This document shows positions 52,995 to 64,000 of a stretch of DNA of 64,000 nucleotides, piece by piece. A program made the translations under genes and the position numbers. The DNA is taken from contig NC_045697.1 in NCBI RefSeq assembly GCF_009834535.1, forward strand, positions 57,166,001 through 57,230,000, given 5' to 3'. The notes under the pieces were generated by a model. It did no database searches. It was given only the letters and a program-made list of their open reading frames with translations, and was not told the DNA's origin. Positions within the stretch are counted from its first letter, which is position 1. Every line of letters begins with the position of its first letter. This DNA is from Camelus ferus. Taxonomy: Eukaryota.

Positions 52995-54620
52995 TTTTTA
53001 TTTAAATCTTTCTTATTAAAGTATAGTCAGTTTACAATGTTGTGTCAATTTCTTGTGTACATTGTAATGTTTCAGTCATACATACACATACATATATTCG
53101 TTTTCATATTCCTTTTCATTATAGGTTACTACAAGATATTGAATATAGTTCCCTATGCTATTCAGAATAAACTTGTTGTATACCTATTTTATATATAGTA
53201 GTTAGTATCTGCAGTGCTTATTTTCTCCCATTCCATAGGCTGACATTTTGTTTTGCTTATGGTGTCCTTTGCTTTGCAAAAGCTTATATGTTTAATTTGT
53301 TTATTTTGCTTTTACTTCTATTGCCTGGGTAGACTGCCCTAGAAGAACATTGCTAAGATCTATGTCAGAGAATGTTTTCTTCTAGGAGGTATATATTGTC
53401 TCATATTTAAGGCTTTAAGCCATTTTGAGTATATTTTTGTGTATTATGTGAGATAATGTTCTAACTTCATTGATTTGCATGCAGCTGTACAGTTTTCCCA
53501 ATACCACATGATGAAGACAGTATCTTTTCTCCATTGTATATTATTGCCTCCTTTGTTGAAGATTTATTGACCATAAGTCTGTGGGTTTACTTTTGGGCTC
53601 TGTATTCTGTTCCCTTGACCCATATGTCTGTTTTTGTGCCAATATCACACTATTTTGATTACTGTAGCTCTGTAGTATTGCCTGAAGTCTGGGAAGGTTA
53701 TTCCTCCAGCACCATTCTTTTCTTTAGTATTGCTTTAGCAATTTTGGAACTTTTGTGATTCCTATAGATTTTAGGATTCTTTGTTCTAGTTTCTGAAAGT
53801 GTCATGGGTAATTTGATAGGGATTACATTGAATCTGTAGCTTGCTTTAGGTAGTATGGCCATTTTAACAATATTCATTCTTCCAATCCAAGAGCATGGGA
53901 TGTCTTTCCATTTCTTTAAGTTGTCTTTAATTTCTTTAATTTTTTTTGTAATTCTCAGCATGTAAGTCTTTAAACTCCTTGGTCAGATTTCTTTATAAGT
54001 ACTTTATGTTTTTGGATGTAATTTTAAAAAGGCTTGTTTATTTTTCTTTTCTAATATTTCATTGTTAGTGTAAAGAAATGCAACTCAATTTTGTATGTTA
54101 ATTTTGTATCCTACTACCTTGTCAATTTCCTTTATCAGCTTCAGTAGTTTTTATGTGGAGCCTTTAGGGTTTTCTATATATAGTATAATGTCAAACCCAT
54201 ATAGTGACAATTTTACTTCTCTTCCTACTTGGGTGTTTTTTATTCCTTTTTCTTATCTGATTGCTGTGGCTAGGGCTTCCAATACTATGTTGAATAAAAG
54301 TGGTGAGAGTGGGCATCCTTGTCTCGTTCCAGATTTTAACAGAAAGACTGTCAGCTTTTTGCCATTGAGTATTATGCTGGCTGTGGGTTTGTCATAAATA
54401 ACTCTTATTATGTTGAGATATGTTCCCTCTATACCCTCTTTGGTTACAATGTTTATCAAAAATGGCTGTTGAATTTTATTAAATCCTTTTTCTACATCTA
54501 TTGAGGTGATCATGTGACTTTTGTCCTTTTTTGTTTGTTTGTTTATGTAGTGTATCAGGTTGATTGATTTGCATATGTTGAACCATCCTTGTGTCTCTAG
54601 GATGAATCCAACTTGATCAT

Positions 54621-55531
54621 TGTGGGTTCTGTTCATTGTGGGTTTTGTCCAGCGAAAGTCCCACTGCAGAAGAATGAAATTACTCAAGACTTTATTAAGA
54701 CAAGGGAGTGAGAGGGAGCCAGAGACCAACTCCCTGAGCTCCTCCAAAGCTGTTGTATTTGTTGAGAATAATCAGAGTCAAAGTAAAATACGTCATAGAG
54801 ATGAGTAAGGAGCATGGTATACGTGCAGGGTTGTAGGTCAATAGTTTCAGTTTGTGAAAAACAGAAATATTATAATCTTAATTTATACTTAGAGAAGGTT
54901 ACAATATTGATAGTACAAACGGTTATCTTAAGCCTCAATCATGAGCAAGGTTACAGTGTTCTGAACAATTGTTAATGAAAAACCAGACCACCACAGAGTC
55001 TCCATACAATGATCAGAAATCATCTAAGCATGCAAAGCAGCCCAGCCGTTCCCAGCTAAGTGCTAACCCACAGTCTTCTGTGAGCAAGAGCAGCCTACAC
55101 TATCCACCTGTGCCTGAGGAGCGAAGCACGTCCTGCAGGTTAGGGCAAGGGGCGAGTTATGGTTTTCCATAAGCACAAGCAGCCCTGAATCTATGACCTT
55201 GAACTAATAAGTAAAGCAAACCAAGCATGTCTCTGCTTTTTATGGCGAGGAGATAGATTATCGCAGATTCCTGCTAGCAAAGCAGCTTCCAGGCAACTAA
55301 GCTAAGTTCCATAGATAAGGTGGTGACTGGTATTGAGAGTTTAGTCTTTTGTGCTTTTGGACATTTTGCTTTGAAGTAGAAGTATAATCACAAATATAGA
55401 AAGCATTGGTTTTGATTATACATTGCTTATGTGTTTACATGAAGGTGAGAATACATAAAGGTGAGAATATTATTTGGTAAAAGCAATTATTACAATATCA
55501 AAGTTTGTTAACCCAAGTTTGCACTCCCACA
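54621..55531 (-). mobile_element. ERV2 (betaretrovirus-like) solo LTR, ~0.9 kb, inserted in L1 ORF2
   Basis: TGTGGG...CCCACA termini; 6-bp TSD gatcat (54615-54620) / gatcag (55532-55537); minus-strand AATAAA at 54691-54696; L1 sequence rejoins across it. Confidence 0.88.
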
Positions 55532-56054
55532 GATCAGAGTGTACGATCTTTTTTATGTGTTGTTGGATTGTGTTTGCTAATATTTTGTTGCAAATTTTTG
55601 CATTTATGTTCATCAATGATATTGGCCTGCAATTTTCTTTTATGGCAATATCTTTATGTGGTTTTGGTATCAGAGTGATGGTGGCTTCATAAAATAAGTT
55701 TGAGAGTATTCTCTCCTTTTCAATCTTTGGAAGAATTTGAGATGGATTGGTATGAGATCTTTGTTTGGTAGACTTCCCCAGTGAACCATTGGATCCTGGA
55801 CTTTTGTTTGCAGGGAGGTTTTTTATTGCTGATTGTATTTCACTTCTTGTGACCAGTCTGTTCAAATGATCTCTTTCTTTTTTATTCAGTTTTAGTGGAC
55901 TATATATTTCTAGAAACTTGTCTATTTCTTCTAGGTTGTTTAGTTTTTTGCCATATATTTGTTAATAGTATTCTCTTACAGGTTTTTTTTTTTTTTTTTT
56001 GTATTTCTGTGGTGTTGGTTGCATTTCTCCATTTTCCTTTTTCCTTTTTCCTTT

Positions 56055-56056
56055 TT

Positions 56057-56140
<84 letters not shown>

Positions 56141-56142
56141 TC
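56055..56142. repeat. (TTTC)22 perfect microsatellite inside L1 ORF2
   Basis: Direct reading; the source of the KERK/FFLS repeat ORFs. Confidence 0.97.
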
Positions 56143-57299
56143 CTTTTTTTTTCTCTGTTTGTTTTGTTTTGTTTTTTGTTTATTTGTATGCTCTGTTGTT
56201 TCTTTTTGGTGACCCTGGCCAGAGGTTTGTTGATTTTGTTTACTCTTTCCAAAAAAACAGCTCTTGTCTTGATTTATTTTTTTCTTTTGTTTTTTTAATC
56301 TCTTATTTATTTCCTCCCTGATCTTTATTATTTCCTTCCTTCTGCTGACTTTAGGTTTTGTTTGTTCTTTTTCCAATTCTTTTAGGTGATAAGTTAGACT
56401 GTTTACTTGAGATTGTTCTTGTTTTTTGAGGAAGGCCTGTATGGCTATGAACTTCCCTTTTAGGACTGCTTTTGCTGCAGTCCATAGATTTTGTTTGGTT
56501 GTGTTTTCACTGTCATTTGTCTCAAGGTATTTTCAAATTTCTTCTTTGATTTCATCGTTGACCCATTGGTAGCATATTGTTTAGTCTCCATACTGGCTTT
56601 TTCTTCTCATTTTTCCCCCCTCTGTTTGACTTCTAGCTTCATGCCATTATGGTCAGAATAGTTACTTGAAATAATTTCTATCCGCTTAAATTTGTTGAGG
56701 CTTCTTTTGTGTTTGAGTATGTGATCAATCTTAGAGAAGGTTCCATGTGCACTTGAAAAAAATGTATATTCTGTTTTAGGGGGATGTTATTCCTAAAAAT
56801 ATCAACTAAGTCCAATTGTCCTGTTGTGTCATTTAGTATTGCCTTATTGATTTTCTGTCTGGAAGATCTGTCCAATGATATTAGTGGAGTGTTAAAGTAT
56901 GCCAGGATTATTGTGGTCCCATCAATTTCTCCCTTTATGTGTGTTAGTGTTTGTTTTATATATTTAGGTGTTCCTATATTGGGTGCACATATGTTAATTA
57001 GTGTAATATCCCCTTCTTGTATTGCTCCTTTGATCATTATTATATAATCCTTATTTACCTTTCTCTGTAGCCTTTGTTTTAAAGTCTATTTTGTTTGAGT
57101 ATTGCTATTCTCACTTTCTTGTCATTTCTATGTGCATGAAATATCTTTTTCTATCCTCTCACACATCCTAAGAAGAATGAAAAAAAATCTACATTTTCTT
57201 GCTCCCCTCTCCCACATTTTATGATTTTGTTGTCCTCTTTTATGTCTTCATGTTTATTCTGTTATAGCTCATTGTAGCTGTCACATATCCGATTACAGT

Positions 57300-58230
57300 T
57301 TTTTCTTTTCTATAGCTTCCTGCTTTTCTATTTAGGGAAGGCCCTTTCAGTATTTCTTTTAGTATAGCTTTAGTGTTGCTGAATTCTTTTAGTTTTTGCT
57401 TGTCTGTGAAACTGTTTATCTCTCCTTCTATTCTAAAAATAGCCTTGCTGGGTAGAGTATACCTCGGAAGATTGTAGATTTTTTTCATTCAGGACTTTAA
57501 ATATATCTTGCCACTCTTTTCTGGCCAGCAGTATTTATGTAGAGAAATCAGCTGAAAGCCTAATGGGGTTCCCTTGTAACTAATTCTTTGTTTTTCTCTT
57601 TCTGCCTTTAGAATTTTTTCTTTAAACTTGGCCATCTTAATTATAATATGTCTTGGTGTAGGTCTGTTTGAGTTCATTTTGTTTGGGACCCTCTGTGGTT
57701 CCTGTACTTGGGTATCTGTTTTCTTCTTTAGGTTTGGGAAATTTTCAGTCATGATTTCTTCAAATACTTTTACTATCCCCTTTTCTCTTTCTCCTCCTTC
57801 TGGGATCCCTATTATGTGTAGATGGGCATGTTTTATATTATCCCATAGATCCCTTATGTTGCTTTCTTTGGTGTTCATTTGTTTTTCTGTCTGCTTTTCT
57901 TACTGGGTGATTTGTCTTATCCTCTCTTCTAAATCACTTATTCATTCATCTGTGTTATTTAGTCTGCTTTTGACTGCCTTTATGTTGGCTTTTAATTCAG
58001 CCATTGAATTTCCTGATTTTAATTGGCTTCTCTTTATAGTTTCTATTTCGTTTTTATAGTATTCTGCATTTCTATTGATAGTCTCTCTTATTTCCTTCAG
58101 TGCTAATATTGCCTCCTTTTTGAAGTCATGATCTAGTAGACTGTTGAGGTCTATTTAATTGTTGTTCTTTCAGGGGACTTGTCTTGTTCTTTTAATTAGG
58201 AGTGGTTCCTCTGCTTTGTTTTACTAATAT
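57300..58230 (-). pseudogene. Disrupted L1 ORF1 (RNA-binding protein)
   Basis: IRDLWDNIKHAHLHIIGIPEGGEREKG...EEIMTENFPNL...RPTPRHIIIKMAK (57489-57878) and FRIEGEINSFTDKQKLKEF (57240-57488). Confidence 0.93.
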
Positions 58231-59859
58231 TTCTCTGATGCTATGAATTTAGAAGTAAAAGTTATCACTGTAGTCTCAAAGTACTGTTTTTTTTTTTTTA
58301 AGTGGGAGCATCCCTGTGCAGGCTGTATGCATTTAATAATTTTGTCATGATGGCTGTTTTTAATATGAATGGTTGCTATGTCTTTCCTCTGTGTATGCTG
58401 GATGTTATCGCCTTGATGGGGAGTTTGGTTAGTGTTGTGGTGACCAGAGCCTGCACTGGTTGTTGAGTGGGGCCTCTTCTTTGCTCTGTGGTTGTCACAG
58501 CACTAACAGGGGCTGGGTCTGCTCCCCTGTTTTTGGAGTAGAGGCTTCCAAACTGTTTCTGGGCTGTGATGTGTGGTAGGCAAGATTGGAGTGCTTCTGC
58601 TGGAAGAGAAGACAGTGGAATAGGAGCTCCTGAGTATTCCTCCAGAGGAGATGTCCGCTAGGAAGTGGCCTCTGTGGTGTTGTCTGTCACTTGTTATGTG
58701 GGCTTACAAAGTACAGTTTGTTGGTGCTGCCCTTGTCACCTGCCTCAGCCACAGAAATGTCAGCATTCTGCTCTGGTGTCCCCCAGGTTCTGCACCTGCA
58801 GAGCCACCAGTGCAGATCTGCTGACATCAGTCACTAGGACCCACTGTATTGAGCATGCAGTCATACACTTGGATCCACCATGTGCCACAGGGTCAGCCCA
58901 GACCCCCAGCCCCACATCCATGTATGGTATGCAGGCCTGCTGTATACAACAAATTCACCCTCTTTGTGCACCTGAACTGCACTCCTTTGCCTCAGAGGTG
59001 TGGATCCACAAAGGCATGAGCAGAGCAAATCTGCCACAGCCGCCTGGGGCTAGAATCAAATCTCAGTCCCGCCTGCAAGGTCTCTGGACCCCTGGGTATG
59101 GATTCAGGTTTCAGCCCCACCTGTGTGGGGGAGATTGTGTGTACCAGAGATTGTGCCCCTCCAGAGCAAGCTGAGAAGATGGCTCTGTCTGAACCCCACC
59201 TCTCTTCTCATGAAAATGTGCACCAGCGATGGGGCTGAGCAATGCCCTCTGGGCTGGAAGAGATGGTTGCTATGGCTGGGCTGCCTTATGCCTCTCCCTG
59301 CTGAGGTGCACCAGCAGTTGTTCTTTTTATAGGGGTCCCAGACTGTTCTGTTCTGCACACCTTCAGCCTTATCCGGTACCACAGCCCAGTCCCCTGAGAA
59401 CACCTCTGTGCAGTCAACCCCAGTCCTCTCCCAAGTTCATCCACGGAAGCCAGAGATCCAGCACTCCTGCTCAGCCTGCCCCCACTTGCTTGTGTCTTGA
59501 GCTGGGGATCTCAGGGGCCTTCTGTGCTTATTTCTCTCAGTTCTGTCTCCCAAACAGCTGCTATTTTTTTCCTTCAAGACTTTGAAGCTTCTTTTCTGTC
59601 CCTGCTCCCTGCTGGAGCAGGGGCTTCCTAGAGTTTGAGTGCTTTTTCTCCTTTGCCACTCCCTCCTTGGTGAACAGGTCCTACACCAATGTCCTTTTTC
59701 TTCTTTCTTCCCCCCTACTGGGTTTGTGAGGTTTTCCTTGTATTTCCAATATAAGAGATACTCTGCCAAAGTTCAGTAGTAGTCTAGTGATATGATCTGT
59801 ATGTAGGTGTAGATCTTGCTGTATTCATGGGAGAAGGTTAGCTAGGCATCCTACTACTT

Positions 59860-59872
59860 CACCATCTTGGCC
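59860..59872 (-). promoter_or_regulatory. YY1-type motif at the L1 5' end
   Basis: Minus-strand CCAAGATGG about 12 nt inside the element start, the conserved position of the L1 YY1 site. Confidence 0.6.
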
Positions 59873-59880
59873 CAACCCCC

Positions 59881-60290
59881 TGATGGGAGTTCTGTAGCTT
59901 AATAGCGATCTGGGCTACTCAGATGTATGCATTTTGAAGACTCATTGAATGATACATTTAAGAATAGCATGTGCATTTTACCTCAAAAAATTGTAAACAT
60001 GTACTGAACTCAAAAACAGTATTGAATGCTAGTTAATAATAATTTACCTTTAGTTAATAATAACCCTAAACTGTTTTGGAGTAAAGGATACTAACATCTA
60101 CAACTTTGAAATGCATTAATATTTAAGATATATTATGAGTTAGATAAAACTATTGATAGATATATTGCTATGCAATAAAGGAGACATGGCACAATTACTG
60201 TGGTAAAGATATGGTTGTTTACTCTGCAATTCTTTGAACTTTTCTGTTTATTAAATTTCTCCTAATAGAAGATTTGAGAAAATATCTCTG
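59881..60290 (+). mobile_element. L1MC4-like 3' UTR, right part of the host element
   Basis: Resumes tgatgggagttctgtagcttaatag...atgtatgcattttgaagactcattgaatg...tttacctcaaaaaattgtaaaca. Confidence 0.8.
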
Positions 60291-60683
60291 AAGAATTCTG
60301 TATGTTTACTGATAAAAAAGTTCTCTAAGATTTTACAGATGACATGATAAAGAAAATTTATCAATTGTTTTTGAATATATTATAAATTTTATAGTCACTG
60401 TGGACTTTACTTTTTTCAAAATATTTTATTTTTTTTTGCTTTCTTCATTTCTAATTTCATTGTTAACTACTTATCAAGAATGTGTTTGTCGCAGTCATAG
60501 GGCTTTAACATTCTGAATATTAAGTAAAATTGAGTTGTTTATATTCTATTGCTACCCTGCATTTACTGATTTATAAGCAACTTTTAAAACAACTGTCTAA
60601 AATTTCCCTGGTAATTTTATGCATATTATCTTATTTAAAACATATATACACAGTAAAACTCTAAGATAAGAATTATCTACCAG

Positions 60684-60793
60684 GAGGGAGGGAAATAGCT
60701 CAGTGGTAGGCCTGCATGAGGTCCTGGGTTCAATCCCTAGTACCTGCATTTAAAAAAAAAGAAAAAGAAAATAATGATTTTTAAATATTAAAA
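60684..60793 (+). mobile_element. tRNA-derived SINE, camelid Vic-1-like, with internal deletion
   Basis: Box A tagctcagtgg (60696-60706), box B ggttcaatcc (60727-60736), A-tail; degenerate TSD aagaattatctaccag (60668-60683) / aaaaatcatcaaccag (60794-60809). Confidence 0.85.
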
Positions 60794-62189
60794 AAAAATC
60801 ATCAACCAGAATTTAGGTTTATATGTATATAAAATACATGGTATGTTTTAAGTTTATTATATGTTTTATACAAATATACAAATATATATACAAATATATT
60901 TTATATATTTAAGTTAACCAACTCTTAAGGACTTACCTCTTAAGGAGCAGATCTGGGCTTCAAACTGAGTTATTGAATTATACCTATTAAGATGATATTG
61001 TGAAATATAAGCAGTACTCTTACAAAAGTAAACATGAATAATTGCTGCATATAGGAGTTCAGAAGTAATATTTAAGACAATATAAGATATGAAAGAGCAC
61101 TGAGAAACCAGTAAAACAGAGAACAACAGAACTCAAGCTGTCTAGATAAGTAACCAGAATTAAGAGCAATAAAAAAAATTGTTATACATGAAGATGGAAT
61201 AGTAAATATATTTCCCTTAGTAGGAGAATAATGGAGCTTAAGTCAAGAATCATGTGGCTGAAAGTACTGGAAAAGACCATATTTAATTGTGAAATGACTG
61301 TTCTGTGGGGCTGAATGAATATTAGACAGCAATTCTCCAACCTTGATTAGATTATGGTCTTTTTTCCCAATAAGTACTTTTTCTTGTTGATGAATATAAT
61401 GAAATTAACATTTGATCAGTTATTATATATTAAATTCATGATAGGAAATATTCACTAAAGGTAGCTACCACATCACTATATCTAATTCACAGTATAAAAG
61501 AGACTTTGAAATACCTTAAGAGCCGAATCTTTTAGTTCCTACATTTAAAAAATTTAATTTTACTTCTCTACAGTCTAATTTCCTCATTCATAAAATAGTC
61601 ATATCTCTCTACTGATCTAGTATGGCATATAGTTTTTGTATGAAACATCCTTGGCAGATTTGTGTTTGTCACTCCCTCTTGAGTTTTCTTGAACTCACAG
61701 ACTATAGGTAGTTTGTATAGTCTTACCTTTTGAAATAAATTTTTTTGTAATGGTAGGTGAGAGTTGCTCAAAATAATGATTTGAATTATTTCAGATTTGA
61801 CAGTAATAAATTAAATTTGATTTTCCTGTTTAATTGTTACATTGATTTAACACCATACCTATTTCAAAAAGCTAATGCTTTGGTGCTTTGGGGAACTCCT
61901 ACATTATTAAAATACAGTACATTAACCTATGTTACCACATTCATAGATTGCTGTTTGGCTTCCATGGAGACTGTCATGTTGTTTAGTGGCTATTACTTTA
62001 AGAACTGTTAAGCACTAGGTAAGATTCTCAACAAAATGCCATCAGTCTTATACTACTTTTTGGTTTTTTTACAATATGAATTATGAGTTTTAAAACTCAT
62101 TTAATTAATGCATAATTAAAGTAAGCACCTATTTTCCCTATGAGAGAGAAATAAAATAATCTCATTTCCTAAAGGACCTCAGATAGCTT

Positions 62190-64000
62190 GAACCTGAAAA
62201 AACGTAGATTGAGACACATTATAATTAATTTGTTAAAAATCAAAGACAAAGCATTTTAAGACCTGCAAGCGAAAAGAGACAGGTTACATACAAGGTAACC
62301 CCCATAAGAAATTTGGTGGACTTTGCAGTAGCAACTTTTCAGGGCAGATAAGAATGAGTTGACACATTTAAAATATTGAAAGAAAATAACTTTCAGTTAA
62401 GAATTATAATGTCAAAGCTATCCTACATAAACAAGCAGACAAAGACTTTCCTGAACAAACAAAAGATGAAGGAGATTAACACCAGACCTATCTGATAGGA
62501 AATGCTAAAGAGAATTCTGTGAGTGAAATAAAAGGATGCTAATTAACATCAAACATTATTAAAAGGTAGCATAAATTTTGCTGGTAATGGTAAATATAGG
62601 CATAGTTAGATTCTGCAATGGTAATATGGAAGGTAATTGTGGTGCAGAATTAATTTACAACTCTATTAAAAGGTAAAAAAAAGTAGCAAAAATAGCCTTA
62701 ACTACAATAATCTATTACTAGTTACACAATAAAAAATATACAAGTGTTAGGTTAGCAATAACCTAAAATATGAGAGGGAGGAGAAGTAAAAGTATAAAGT
62801 TTACAGATTCTATTGAGATTAAGTTGTTATCTGTTTAAAAATAGGCATTACAAGTTTAAAATATTTTATGAAAAGTCTCATGATCACCACAAGGGAAAAC
62901 CCTGCAGTAATTACATGAAAGAACACAATAAAGAAGTCAAAGCATACTGATACCAAAGTACATCAAAATGCAAAAATGAGGATAGCAGGAGAAGAAATAA
63001 AGATCCACAGATCTACAAAACAACCAGAAAATGATTAATCAAATGAAAATATTACGTTCTTACCTATCAGTAATTACTTGAAATATAAAAAGTTTAAATT
63101 CTCCAGTTGAAAGACAGAATGTCTGAATGAGCTAAAAAAACAGGATCCGACAGCATGGTGTCTGTAAGAGACTCACTTCAGTTTTAAAAACACACATTGA
63201 CTAATCAAAGCATATTAGCTATACTTATATAAGGATAAAATAGACTTCAAACTAAAAATTTTAAAAGGAGATAAGGTCATTATATAATGATAAAGACTTC
63301 AATACATCAAGAGGATATAACACTTATAAATATTTGTGTAACCAACATAGGAGTATGTAACTTTATAAAGCAAAAACTAACAAAGCTTAAAGGAGAAATA
63401 AACAGTAATGCAATAACAGTTGGGGACCTTAATACCCCCCTGTGAACAATGGACAGATCATCCAGACAGAGAATCAATAGGGGAGCAGAGGGTCTGAATA
63501 ACACTCTAGATCAAATACGGACATATACAGAACATTTTGTACAACAACAGAATAAACATTCTTTACAAGTGCGCAGTGGAACATTTTTTTGGATAGTGCA
63601 TATATTAGGCTACAAACAAGTCTTAGCAAATTCAAGAAAATTGAAATCATATCAAATATCTTCTCTAACTACAATGGCATGGAACTAGAAATCAACAATA
63701 AGAGGGAAACTGGAAAATTCATGAGAACATGGAAATTAAGCAATACTTCCCTGAATAACCAATGGAACAAAGAAATTAAGGGGAAATTTTTAAAAAGTTT
63801 CTTGAAACAAATGAAAACGGAAACATAACATACCAGAACTTACAGGAGATAGCAAATGCAGTTCTAAGAGGGAAGGTCATAGCAATAAACACCTGCATTG
63901 AAAGGCAAGATAGATACCAAACAAACAGTATAACTCTGTACCATAAGGAGCTAGGAGAAAAAAAAGAGCAAACGGATCCGAAAGTTAGCAGAAGAAAGGG
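62190..64000 (+). mobile_element. Older L1: ORF1 C-terminal part, spacer and ORF2 endonuclease; runs off the window end
   Basis: gagacacattataattaa (PRHII-like); EN-region peptides MDRSSRQRIN...LNNTLDQ and KFKKIEIISNIFSNYNGMELEIN in the ORF track. Confidence 0.92.

Larger units (their letters stand above)
53220..57160 (-). pseudogene. Disrupted L1 ORF2 (endonuclease/reverse transcriptase)
   Basis: ORF-track fragments: EN IKGAIQEGDITLINICAPNIGTPKYIKQ (56678-57037); Z/RT FYEATITLIPKP...RPISLMNINAK (55470-55865); [23 protein letters not shown] (54253-54620); [23 protein letters not shown] (53698-53961). Many stops and frameshifts. Confidence 0.95.
52995..59880 (-). mobile_element. 5'-intact, inactive lineage-specific LINE-1 with internal deletions and an LTR insertion
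   Basis: Minus strand starts gggggttgggccaagatgg, then a ~1.6 kb GC-richer 5' UTR, ORF1 and ORF2 remnants, 3' UTR and A-tail; degenerate TSD tgataaggaattct (52981-52994) / tgatgggagttct (59881-59893). Confidence 0.95.

Noticed and set aside
54253..54747. 164-aa ORF with RT motifs and a novel N-terminus
   Set aside because: Fortuitous in-frame join of the LTR end with a decayed L1 RT fragment, truncated before the catalytic YADD-type motif.
55895..56376. Five overlapping ORFs with KERK or FFLS repeats
   Set aside because: Translations of the stop-free (TTTC)n microsatellite within L1 ORF2; not genes.
58665..59769. Cluster of 69-169 aa ORFs in GC-rich sequence
   Set aside because: All lie in the L1 5' UTR, where higher GC lowers stop frequency; no recognisable domain.
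60690..60750. tRNA-like sequence with box A and box B
   Set aside because: Lacks an anticodon arm and acceptor stem, and has an A-tail and TSD; a SINE, not a tRNA gene.

Overview
AT-rich, CpG-poor mammalian genomic DNA, either a gene desert or deep inside a large intron. It is most likely from a camelid, because it carries two tRNA-derived Vic-1-like SINEs and cetartiodactyl-type L1 3' ends. I found no supportable host protein-coding exon, RNA gene, CRISPR array or prokaryotic feature. Every ORF with a recognisable product is a disrupted LINE-1 ORF1/ORF2 remnant. Roughly half of the window is transposon debris of many ages: MIR, L2, old L1M, MaLR (MLT1), MLT2, LTR16/ERVL, ERV1 LTRs, a hAT MER119-like element, and lineage-specific L1/SINE/ERV2 copies. 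The clearest structure is a three-level nested insertion at ~51.6-60.3 kb: an old L1MC is split by a 5'-intact L1, which is itself split by a ~0.9 kb ERV2-type solo LTR. Other points of note are a TSD-flanked ERV1 solo LTR (21243-21890), a near-proviral MLT1C element (1358-3430), a 16-bp perfect hairpin/direct-repeat cluster (3945-4042) and a few unique-sequence islands that might be regulatory. I do not see evidence for a novel biological system. Repeat family names come from recall of consensus motifs, not from a database search, and the boundaries of old elements are approximate.
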